A DNA stretch of 64,000 bases from Owenia fusiformis (lineage: Eukaryota), in contig CAIIXF020000001.1 in the NCBI GenBank assembly GCA_903813345.2, forward strand, positions 20,770,001 through 20,834,000, given 5' to 3'. How positions within the stretch are numbered: the stretch's first letter is position 1; each line of letters opens with the position of its first letter. A program made the translations under genes and the position numbers. The notes under the pieces are model-generated. The model saw only the letters and a list, made by a program, of their open reading frames with translations, did no database searches and was not told the DNA's origin. Below are positions 1 through 12,500 of this stretch, piece by piece.

Positions 1-1367
1 AACTAGATTTCAACTATCTACTATATGAACCTACTAGGGACCTAGGTTGAACTTACCGGGAAAGGAATTTTTATCTAGGTCAAGGTCAAAGGTCAAAATC
101 TAGGTCAAATCAAAGTTTTTTCTAAGTTTCTCAGATTTCGTCCTCATACTTCATTATTTTTTGCGATGAATTAAAATGTAACTAGATATAAGCATTCCCT
201 ACAAATTACTCACTATATGTTCGCGTTAATTTTTTACCGTTTTTGAGATAATTGACGTAAAAAAACGGTAAAAATTGGTCATTTTTCAACTTGCTTCAAA
301 TTGACCAATTTTTTTTTTTAAAATCATCTACAAGTTCTCAGGAACTCAAATCTGACCTTAGTTTTGACCTTTGACCTTTGGTTGACCTTCAGTGACCTTC
401 GAAAGGTCAAAAAAGTTGATTTTTCAAATTGATTTTCTGGATTCAAATTTAGGTACATTTGATCACAAAAGACCCACTGAGGTCTAAAAAAGTAAAATTT
501 GCAAGGTCAAAGGTCAAGGTCATCAAACTAAATCATAAACTGTGTTTTCTAAGTTTCTAAGTTTTGGTGACTACAAATCAATATTTTTTCATGAAAGTCA
601 GGATATATATTCCTCTATAGGTTATACACATATTAGCAATTGACTATTTATTAAAATTGTGTACCAGTTTTGAGATATTAGAACTCAAAAACTGAAAAAA
701 GGTCAAATTTCGAAACTTTTCAAGACTAAATTTCAACTTGCTTCAAATTGACCAAATGTTTTTTTTAAAATCATCTACAAGTTCTCAGGAACTCAAATCT
801 GACCTTAGTTTTGACCTTTGACCTTTGGTTGACCTTCAGTGACCTTCTAAAGGTCAAAAAAGTTGATTTTTTAAATTGATTTTCTGGATTCAAATTTAGG
901 TATATTTGATCACAAAAGACCCACTGAGGTCTAAAAAAAGTAAGACTTGCAAGGTCAAAGGTCAAGGTCATCAAACTTAATCACAAACTGTGTTTTCTAA
1001 GTTTCTAAGTTTTGGTGACTACAAATCAATATCTTTTCATGAAAGTCAGGATATATATTCCTCTATAGGTTCTACACATATTAGCAATTGACTATTTATT
1101 AAAATTGGGTACCAGTTTTGAGATATTAGAACTCAAAAACCGAAAAAAGGTCTAATGTTGAAATTTTTCAAGGTCAAACTTCACATTGCTTCAAATTGAC
1201 CAAACTTTTTTTTTAAAATCATCTACAAGATGCCTGGAGTTCATATATGACCTTGTTTTTAAGATTTGACCTTTGGCTGACCTTTAAATGTTCAAAAAAG
1301 CCTACGGGGCCTCCGTAAGATTGCTTGCAATCTTTATACGATTGCTTGCAATCTTATACATCTAGTT
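1..1367 (+). mobile_element. Helentron/HINE-like non-autonomous element with ~445-bp internal tandem units (left end probably outside window)
   Basis: units start near 286, 732 and 1180 and are rich in TGACCT/AGGTCA; terminal hairpins TACGG..CCGTA (1303-1317) and AGATTGC-TT-GCAATCT (1319-1334); ends CTAGTT. Confidence 0.6.
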
Positions 1368-1537
1368 ATAGATTATAGTTTAGATGGAAAAGATTAATAT
1401 GTATCACATTGTATGAACATTTCTTTTTGTAGTTTCATTGTTACAGCTATAGTTTGTTGTATTTATAGTGACTATAGCATCATTGTAATCGATTAGAATC
1501 TCATACTTAGTTAGGATGGGATAACAACAGGTAATTG

Positions 1538-1883
1538 TTATCCCATTGAACGAAGTTAGGTGGGATATATGAAACACCTCCGTCCCTCTGTCCATCTGTC
1601 CGTCCGGGCAATAACTCAAATACCATTGGCCCAATTTTGTTCCTATTTTGTACACATATACCCTATGGAGGTAGAAGTTCTGCTCGAAAGCCGATCTTCA
1701 AAATGGCCACTCATTTGAAAATGGCGGCTATTTTAGTGCTGATTTTACAGTAATTTAGATACAATATGTAAAAATGACACTTTTGGTAGAAGGCGACCAT
1801 TTTGAAAATGGCACACTGTCTAGTGACACTTTTTGTAGAAGGTGGAATTTGCTACGCTTTGACGTTTTGGTTGTTGTCTAGTT
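1538..1883 (+). mobile_element. internally deleted copy of the HINE-like element at 47162-48357
   Basis: high similarity to the reverse complement of both ends of 47162-48357; (CCGT)n-like tract; ends CTAGTT. Confidence 0.75.
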
Positions 1884-3560
1884 GTATTTATCATGGTGAC
1901 AGGATATGGTTTATTTTTAATTTTCAACCAGTGGCAGAATCCCCTTTACTAATGATTTTTCTCTTGTTTTTGATAATAGACTTTGTCATTTTCAAAACTT
2001 TTTAATGAATCAGTTATATAAACTTGTAAATAATCTGGAGATGAACTGTGAATTTCCCTCTGGATGAAACTTATATTCAGAACCTTCCATCATACATTAT
2101 AATGGTACCATATATGGAATTTATAAAAAGTGAATGGCATATAAAATATGAGATAATAAACGTCACATAAAAATAGATTTTATAACTTCATTTACATCAT
2201 TTAAAGGTTGCCGAATGAATTATATGCTGGATTCTCATAAAAATATTTATTGGCAGGAATTACTTGGGAGGTTATAATTCTGTTTTCTGATTTAACGTAT
2301 CTACAATGAAAACCTTAGTATGTTTTATTAAGAATATAAATTGATGTCATGAGTTACATTGACACGCCAGCCAACTTGGTATTTAAGTTTCATTTTATGT
2401 CATCCTTTTGTGTCAGTTCAATCCAGCCAAAGGTCTTTATGGTCTTTGAAACTAATCATCTATATCTGATTCAATATATGAAATTATCTTGGTGCATTCT
2501 GACCCCCTCTTTTCTGCCGTTTGCATCTGCCATTTTGGAAAGTTCAAGACAAAGGGGTACAGTTTTTGTGATTATCTTGGTGTTAAAGGGGTATATTGAA
2601 CAACCCTGTGTCAGCTACAACCATTGACTGTTTAAAGCCTATTCTTTGACCAACATATCATGCCAGATAGTATGACGTTTATAATATTTTATCTCAAAAT
2701 ATATATTCATAAACGTGACATAAAATAAGGTAAACAACCTTTTGATGGTATTATTTATTTTCCGCTTGATTAACATGTTTTTTTTCAGTTTGTATATTAG
2801 GATAGGTGATCGTGATCTTTATCTTGATCGTCCTGCTTTTTTGTCATCACCATTTTTCTAAAATGTTATGATTTCAGTGTATTTTCTGTGATAACATACA
2901 GTACATATTTTGAAATCAGTGTGGGAATACAAGCATATAATTTTTGTAATAATGACAGTGATCATTAATAATTGATATGTTTCACATTGTGATAAATTGA
3001 TATCTGTCTCTATATTATAGAGACTCTCTAAATTTATTTATTCTGAGCAAGGAGTAACATGTTGATCATATTATAAAAATGCCCAATTTGAATGAATTGG
3101 CCAAAATAGCAAGACATGAATTATACAATCAATAATTGATCATATAAATTTAATTGTGTGAATATATAAAAATCAGGCACTTCATTTGCCTAGAAAAGCA
3201 GAGAATATTAGGTACTTAAGCAAAAGTTTTGGTATTTTAACCATGCGTAACAACCTTTTAAGGTCTAGTTAAACCTCATTTTCTTGATTGCATCTATTGA
3301 TCTCGTAATGTGTTTAGCCTACACTAATTCTCAGCAGGAATATATTATATAACATAATTAAGAACAAGACTATAGATATAGTTCTAATCAGAATGTGTTC
3401 TAAACCCTGTTGGGAGTTTATCCTATATGAGATAATGTTGACATTTTGACATCTCCTTTAGGAGACCATGGGATATATGTTGATGATGCTGGGAGTTAGT
3501 CCAGGTAAATCACTTCATGTCAAACCTAAATATTTGAGGAAAAGAAATATTTATGAGATG

Positions 3561-3829
3561 AAGTGTTCTCCACAAGATTTTTTCTCAAATAGGTGCAAAA
3601 TTCTCATTTTCAAAAATCAGTCCAAAATTGGAATTTTTTTTCTCAAATAGGTGCAAAATTCTCATTTTCAAAAATCAGCCCAAAATTGGTAAAAATGTGC
3701 TAGTTTTTCATGATTTTTTCTCATTTTCTAGTAGGTGCAAAAGAATTTTCAGGTGGATGCGTGCCTATTTTTAAAATCTCAGGTGGGTGATACACCCACT
3801 AATTTACTTTAATGCTTGAGAGATCATTG
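3561..3829 (+). mobile_element. MITE, same family as 63559-63766, 5-bp TSD AGATG
   Basis: shared internal sequence (ggtgcaaaattctcattttc...tttcaggtggatgc); decayed TIRs. Confidence 0.65.
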
Positions 3830-4098
3830 AGATGAGTTAATTTTGACAAGGCATGGGTATGTCAGACAAAAATTAAACATGTACTGCTCAATTAAGACTA
3901 ATTGACAAGTTAACTAAAATGTCTGCAAATAACATCTATTATTTAAAGTATAATTTGTTAGACATGTCTTACTTTGACATGTCTTCCATCATCGATGTGT
4001 GCTGTATACTGAAAAGCATACAGAACAATGAATCAAATGTATTACTATACTTGATTCATTATGCCACCAAATAAAGTTTGAGTAGTGATATAGAGAAG

Positions 4099-4952
4099 CC
4101 ATCCATCCATCTATCCACCCATCCATCCATCCATCCATCCATCCATCCCATCCATCTATCCATCCATCCATCCATCCATTCATCCATCTATCCCATCCAT
4201 CCATCCATCTATCCCATCCATCCATCTTTCCCTCCATCCATCCATCCATCCATCCACCCATCCATCCATCTATCCATCCATTTATCCATCCATCCATCTA
4301 TCCATCCATCCATCCATCTATCTCATCCATCTATCCATCCATCCATCCATCTATCTATCCCATCCATCCATCTATCCCATCCATCCATCCATCCCTTCAT
4401 CCATCCATCCATCCATCCATCCATCCATCCATCTATCCATCCATCTATCCCATCCATCCATCTATCCATCTATCCCATCCATCTATCCCTCCATCCATCC
4501 ATCCATCTATCCATCCATTCATCCATCTATCCATCTATCCATCCATCCATCCATCTATCCATCCATCTGTCCATCCATCCATCCATCCATCCATCCATCC
4601 ATCCATCCATCCATCCATCTATCCATCCATCCATCTATCCATCCATCCATCCATCCATCCATCTATCCATCCATCCATCCATCTATCCATCCATCCATCT
4701 ATCCCATCCATCTATCCCTCCATCCATCCATCCATCTATCCATCCATTCATCCATCTATTCATCTATCCCTCCATCCATCCATCTATCCATCCATTCATC
4801 CATCTATCCATCTATCCCTTCATCCATCCATCCATCCATCCATCCATCCATCCATCCATCCATCCATCTATCCATCCATCCATCCATCCATCTATCTCTC
4901 CATCCATCCATCCATCCATCCATCCATCCATCCATCCATCCATCTATCCATC
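4099..4952. repeat. (CCAT)n microsatellite, ~850 bp, imperfect
   Basis: visible tetranucleotide array with ctat/ccct variants. Confidence 0.97.
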
Positions 4953-6350
4953 AACTAACTGATATGAAGCAAGCATAAATTATTAATTAAAGGCAGTTCT
5001 GCAAAATAATTCAGGAGTTTGAATCTAGTCAAAATTTATTTTTATCATCTGAACTTATTTTGTTTTGATTATTGGATATCCAGAAGGTTGTTTCAGTCAT
5101 CACTATGAATCTTGATCTCTAATAAATGAGACTTGGGAAGTCAAGTATGAGAATATCACTCATTTAGAGATTAGAGTTTGTCTTTGTTAATTAATCTTAG
5201 ATTGATCACTGATCAGTATAGACTAGAAGATTTCACGCCATGTCGCATATTGCCCGTAGTTTTACATTAGCAGCGGAACAAACATACTCATAGATCAAAG
5301 CAAATGTACTTATTTCAGAACTCAATTTCATCTGTTAATTTATTTTTTGTTCAGTCAATACCTTTGATCTTATTTTTCTGTTTAAGAAAGGTGGAGTAAG
5401 AGTTAGTATCCATTCTAATATGGACACAAACAGGTTAAACATTTAAGCCCATGTCTTGCTCCACCTCCCCCAGATTCCCTCTCTAACTAGGGACATAGAT
5501 ATCAAGTGAGGGGATGCGTTTACTGAGGTTTGATGCGAGATTACAAAAACTGACACTCTTGGTCAAGTTAATACACAAATTAGCAGTGTGTTATTTGCTT
5601 TTATTATACGACATTGTAAAAAGTCAAAAGTGGTTGAGTATTACTAATGGTTAATATGTAGCATGATATTAACAGTGGTTGCACTGGACAGGATAATAAA
5701 ACAAAAATGAAAATGAATTTAAAAAAGTGAAGGATCATTCTCGCCTTAGTGACTAGAGCCATGTTAATGGCCTCATTATGGGTAACTTTACGCTTGATTG
5801 AGATCAGTTTAAGTAAAGTTCAGCAGAGAAAGTTAGTAAATATCCATTGTTCTTTTTGTTAAACCAAAATAAGCTGACTTTATAGCTGCTTTATTTACCA
5901 CTAGGGGATTAGAGGATTTGTGCTGCAGAAGGATAACGGGCTAAAAAGTTACATTATTTATTGTATTATGTATTTAGTAACATTGAGTTTGTGCAGTCAG
6001 GCGAAGAGGTATATTTGCAAACTGAATAATAATTGTTACTTACTGGTTTCAGTGAAACTGTTGATCTCTAATACATTCTTAAGCATTCTTTTGTTTTCTT
6101 GGAGATATTTTCCTACTCACCTCTCCTTATCTTGTGCTAAAAGTCTGTAAGAATATGTAAAAATGTTCTTCAAGCCTGTTCTTGGAGTAAATATCATACT
6201 TACCTTAATGTATGCATGCTTGTTCTCACAAAATAAATAAAACATACATATTACTAACCTTTCCTGGCATATGGATGCTTGTTATCACAAAATTAGACAG
6301 CTGAAAACAAATAAGATTTAAAATAATTTTTTTGATAATTTCCATTTCAG

Positions 6351-6563
6351 CTCCTTGTGAAATGAAGTTTTGCGCATTTGGCGCAGTTTGTCTAGTCAAA
6401 GAGGGTACGAAGGAGGCTTACTGCTCATGCTCAGAAACATGTAACAATGTCTTTGCACCCGTGTGCGGGAACGATGAGGTGACATACCAATCTCTCTGCC
6501 ATTTACGTCAAGCTAGCTGCACTCAACAACGCAAGATCAAAGTCAGATCACAAGGCACATGTG
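6351..6563 (+). CDS. AGRN: agrin exon, follistatin/Kazal domain 1 (in window)
   Basis: tttcag|...TGTG|gtaaga; 213 nt, phase 1-1; [13 protein letters not shown]...[16 protein letters not shown]. Confidence 0.92.
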
Positions 6564-9500
6564 GTAAGAACTGAACTCATTTCTGTTGTATAGCTTGAAC
6601 ATATTCTTTGAATTATGGCCAACTTAATTTTTTGTGTTCTCTTAAATCTTTTAGCCTTGGTTTATTTACTATTTTGTGTTGATTATTTTAGGTATTTAAC
6701 AGGCTGACCCAAAATGCAACCTTTTCTCAATTTATGTTCTTGAAATTTCTTTTGCATATAGAATGTTCAATTATTGTTAACCAATGCATTTGGTATATAG
6801 AGATGCTGTATGTCAAAAAATACTTATGAGTTTTGGGACACCCTGTAGACTACAATTTAAAGTGTGGCATCTTCTTGATTCTCAAGTCAGGAACAATAGA
6901 TAAGATGTCATGGGTATTGCAATGCCATGGGCGTAGCGCTATTTTTTTAAGTAGTACGTCACCACGGGATACGTCACCACGGGAGCCCACATGGGAGCAA
7001 GATTTGAGAGAACCAAAGAAGCATTCAGGGGGTCTGTGGGGTTCTACCCCTAGGAAAATTTGGAAAAAAATTTGAAATTTGGTTGTATATGGTGCGAATT
7101 TGAAACCGCTACGCCCATGAATGCAATGGTATGATAGGTCTCATATAATTTATTGCATAGTACTTAAATGATTTTCAGGAATGCTTCAATGAAAATATAT
7201 ATTTTCAGTCCTTTACTTTGTCTAATACAGCAGGGGTGCCATCTATTCTTAGAAAAAAATAAATAAATAAATGATCAGTAAGCAGATTCTATATTCTAAG
7301 TTCTATACATTACTGCCATCTTTTTAAATAAACCTGCAGAACAAGTATTTCTACATTGTCTACTATTATGGTACCATGCATGTGTTTAGATGGTACTTTT
7401 ACATTGAAAAAACATAACCCAAAAATGCCTTGAAATACAGAACTAAAGATATAGTAAATGTATCTTAAGTGAATAAAACTGATTTTTGTCCACATAGGTA
7501 TTGATATTCTAATAATATGTTATATATGGAAGTGAATCTAAATTTCTGAAAATTGAATCTAAAATCTACGAATTGTTCATACTTTTCAAGGAAAATTCAG
7601 ATATGCATCAAAATTCTACGGATTGTTCATACTTTTCACAGAAATTGATCGACATGTCAGTACATCACTCATCACTATTCAATTAAATCCTAATTACATC
7701 CAACATCATCTGAAAATCCTTAATTCTCTATGACTCTTAGCATCAATTATGCATGGGTATAAAGACCCATAATTCAAACAAGCATGGTAATACTGTAATT
7801 AATTAAATAAAGTTCATCACAAATAAAGAAATAGAAGTCAATATATCAAGTGTTATGAATACTCTTAGCATAATTAATATTTTGTTTTATCATTATTTTT
7901 CTTTATTATTTTTTTAATGTTCTGTATAACTTGACGCACCTTTGCATGCAAAACTTAAGAGTGTCACTGTTTCAAAAGTGTGGATCGAAATGAATAAATA
8001 AATAATAAAATACCTGGTTAGAAAAAGTGTGAACTGAATTGTATTTTTCTTATAAAGCAATTACTCTGGACACTTTGAGTCCATTTATATGCATTTATGT
8101 TATTATTTATTTATATTATTTATTTATTTATGTTATTTATTTATTTTCAATAGGAAAATTATTCATGCATTGAGACTGCAAAATCCTTGAATGAAATGGT
8201 TTGCTAAAAAGTCAAGGTTATCATATACTAAGTTATCCAAGTCTCAATGTGAAATGTCACAGTGTGTTGAAATATATCATTAAAGGTGGAGGGAAGCAAA
8301 GAGAAATATGAACATGTCACACATCAATGCGGAAATTTTAAAACAATGATTGAATTTATTCAATTTTGTTACAATAAATCAACATTATAACTTGTGATCT
8401 CATTCAGAATTCTCTTTTTAATAGAATTTGTGTGTTCTTTCGATAATGAATTGATGACGAACATGTTAAGTATGTAATTACATCAAATTGACGTACCACC
8501 TTCAGTGAAGAACAGAGAATCTTGTAGAGCAACACCAATAGTATATGATATTCTGAGCTTTCTTCTATGCTTTTCTTTTATGTTTTTCTTCATTTACCAT
8601 TCTGTTTTTAATTTGAATCATTTTGTGGTCATAAATACAATTAGAATTGTATTATTTCCCAAAATTAAATTATTGTCAAAATATATTCTTCCCCATTTAA
8701 GATAATTTAAACAGAAAAAAAACTACAAAATTTGCTGCAATTTTGGAGAGTGGTTTTCTTTAAAAAAAATCATATTTTGGTGTCTAAATAATTAGATGCG
8801 AAAGGTGTTCAAATAATTAAATTAACACATCCTATATTATATTAATAATTGTATTAATAGATTTATGATATTAATTCTAATGAATATCTTGTAAGTACAT
8901 CTCAGAACTATCTCATATTCATCTCAGACCTTGCATGCAAAGTGGCATTGTTCACCACAGCAATGTACATACATCACAATCTTTCCCTCCTATCACGATA
9001 GATTTAAATTTTTAATGACATTGCATTTATGATAAGATTACTAAGCATGAGGAGTAAGCTTAAGCTGGATTAAAGTCAGTAAAGATCAGTTTAGGAAATA
9101 CAATCTTTACACATCAATGTACCAGATCACATCTTGGATTACCGTTAGATTTTCTAGTGTTGTCGCGTTTCCTCCAACGCCTCAGAGTCCCAAGACTAAT
9201 TTGTATGGATGGAACAAGTTTTTGTCGCTGAAGAGGTGTATTGATCAATCAAGGAGTACAAAGTGAAATAGTTGCTAGCTCAGGATGCTCTACGGCTCAA
9301 AGAATCATGGACCTCTATGGATTTGGCTGAACTCAAGTTATACAATTACATTCCTAACTACATTGCTCATAATATTTATACATTTTACAAATTGTTGTTA
9401 TGTTTTTCCACCAGAAACTCGAGATCCTTGTGAGGACAAGGAATGCCACTTTGGAGCGAGGTGTGTGTCCTCGTTAGACAGTTCACAAGCGCGATGTGAG

Positions 9501-12500
9501 TGCCAACAGGAGTGTCACACGTATGGAGACTCTGTGGATAGTACGCCTGTCTGTGGGACTGATGGTGTCGACTACCCCAATATGTGTGAATTACGCAAAG
9601 CTGCTTGTAACCAATTTAAGGAATTAAGAGTACATTATTACGGCAAATGTGGTATGTATGCAATATATTTAATAATACATTAATCATTGAAAACATTATT
9701 TTTAAAAATGATTTTTTATTATAAAATTTTGAAATGTTTCATTTGAAAAGTATAGCTGAATTTCTCAATGAATGAATGAATGATACCATCCTTAGCTAAT
9801 ACTGTCTTCATAATCAATAGCATTTATAATTCAGAGTGCATGGTACCTATTATTAGTCAACATAAATATCTTAAAAACTTTTTGTGCAAAAACTATACAA
9901 GTACATGCATTTGATATCAAAATTAAGAAAAGATTTTTTAAATTATATGATTTCTTCAATTTTGATTTTATGTTTTTATGTCTTCCAAAAATTTGATTTC
10001 ATTCATAAAATTATTTCATCTTCAAATTTTAAACCCTTTGAGTAAATACAGAATCATTGGCAGTGTCAGATTAATCCCTCTGGAAATGCTTTTATTTTCC
10101 AAGCTCACAAGATAATAAGCCTGTTTGAAACCTTAGGGATGATTTCAAAGGATGCACTTAAATAAAAGAGGGGTCAAGTCTATAAGGAACCACTGATAAT
10201 CAATGGATAGTGTAATAAATCATTCTTTGGATATTTTCAAAGTTTGAAATACTTCTGAAATAATTATTACGTTTTAGCAATTAAAAAATCGTGATGTTTC
10301 TTGAATAGTAATGTTTCTAGAATCGTAATTTTTCTAGAATCAGTCCCCAGAAGGATTCAGAATCACACAGGATGATTATTTAATGTAAAGCTATTATCTC
10401 TTATAATGGTACCAACCCAAGTTCTAACATTACCTGAATGTTAACCAATGAAATATGTTATAACATCTTCTCTGCAATGAATCGGATATAATCAGCATAC
10501 ACTGTACTTTTGATTTACTATTTTACTTTAAAATTATAATTAATGGATAAAATCAAAGAAATAGAGACAAATTATCTGATTTAACTTATTAATTGCAATT
10601 AAAGAGAAGCTCGGTTTGACTCATCAGAGTCCATCTGTATCTAAAGCTTGAGAGGGCCTGTACTCCAAGGGGTTGTGAAGGCTGTGGATCCCACAATGGT
10701 AGAAACTCTAAGCAACATTTTCTCAATGTAAAACATAAGATATGTTGTATCGATCACATACATGCCACAATATTGAAAGTAAGGAAAGCCACCACTAGCA
10801 ATTTGGTAACATGTAGAACATCTTAATATGATTGCTTCCTCATTCCCTGTCACAACTTATTATAGATTTTTTGCTGACTAATTTTATTTCTATCAAGATG
10901 GTTGGTGAGATATTTCCTGTATCATGGAATGTTTCCTTTTAACCAACTTCCACATTGTGGGAATTGAGTCTTTGAGGATTTTTTATTGATTCTATCAGCT
11001 TGGCATATAGGTCCAAGGGGTGAATCAGATGATCTCAGGGGAGGGGAGAGAGAGGAGGTAGGGGTATGTTTGTTTTAGATAAATAATTTTGAATCAGGAA
11101 GGATGAATCTTGACTTAAAATAAAAAAAATCTGAATTGTTAAAACAAAGTTAGTCAACTTAATGTAGTTGCAGAAAGAACTATTCTCATTGAGGGTGTGA
11201 ATGTTGGATCTCCTTGATGATATAATGATTCATCCCAATCATGAAAAAACTATGTCGAGTGAATCAATTACATTTCCAACATAACAATGCACTTTGAAAT
11301 ATTACGTAAATAATTTATAAACCAACAAAAGGTTATACTCCTTCTAATGAGTTATTTAAGGTAATTTCCTAATTCCAAGTACTTACTAGAACTTAATGGC
11401 ACGGGAGCAGAATTGAAATCTTTCTTCTTTGACATAAATAGAAAATTGTAAACAGAAAATTGAGGGAGTGGGTACAAGAAAATTTGACTTTTAACTTTGT
11501 TTCCACATTAAAATGTGAAAAAAACGAATCAAAATTACTCTATATTTCATTAATTTCCTGCATTCTGCAGTATTGTGTCAATTATAATTGAATTACACTA
11601 TACACTTAACTTAAATTTTAGGGACATCAACGGTTCAAATCTGACATCTCTCTTTTATCTTATTTGCGAGTCTCATCAGTATCCAGGATAAATGTCCTGT
11701 TATTTACGGGTCATTGGAAAAATGTATAAAGCCCAAGTTAAGAAATAATTTGAACACTTTTTATCTCCTCTTTGGGAATATTTCCATTCTATTAGTATCT
11801 TTCCAAGTAGCAATTTGCCTAAAAGCACTATTACAATGTTAAGCCAAATAAGCGAAGCAGTGGATGCCATCCAAATAGTGTAAATTTGATTAAAAACTTT
11901 CTGTGATGAATCTGTTTTTACACTTAACTGGCCATTCTAAGCTTATATGACAAATGTGTGGTGCATCAGATAATGTTCAGATGTATAAAAGGGTAAAAAA
12001 TAATTACTAAACAATGTCACCCCACAAATGTTTTTTGATCAAATTCTATTGTTATGGGTCATGGCGACCTACATACAAGTATTTATCTTCAATAAATTAC
12101 ATTTTTATTTCATTCACTTTCTTAGGTTCAAACTATAAATATTTAAAATATCTATGTTATTGAGATAAAAAAAAATGTTTGTCTGATGAAGCTAAAATAT
12201 TCAGATTTTATTGACCGGTCTATTTTTGCATATTCCATATTTGGAATGACATGTGTCAGAAACTGAAGGTCAGACCGATCTTGTCACTTTCTAAGGTAGT
12301 TTAAAAACGGAATCTGGAGCAAAAAATCATCTTCTAACATTTATTTTTCATATTTTAGCACTTTTCTCAAACAATTCTCATGAATCTAATAATCAGTTCA
12401 TATAAGCACCTTTGAAGCGTGAAATATACATTTAAGTTGACATTTAGCAGCATTTATTGGTACTGTTTTGTCAAAGAATTCTGTGTGAAATAAAATAGAT

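Noticed and set aside
3989-4962. 294-aa HPSI-repeat ORF and the antisense MDGW ORF
   Set aside because: Translations of the (CCAT)n microsatellite.
9158-9202. 45-nt candidate exon before the FS2 exon
   Set aside because: Joining it creates an in-frame TAA at the junction and the donor is weak; no further support.
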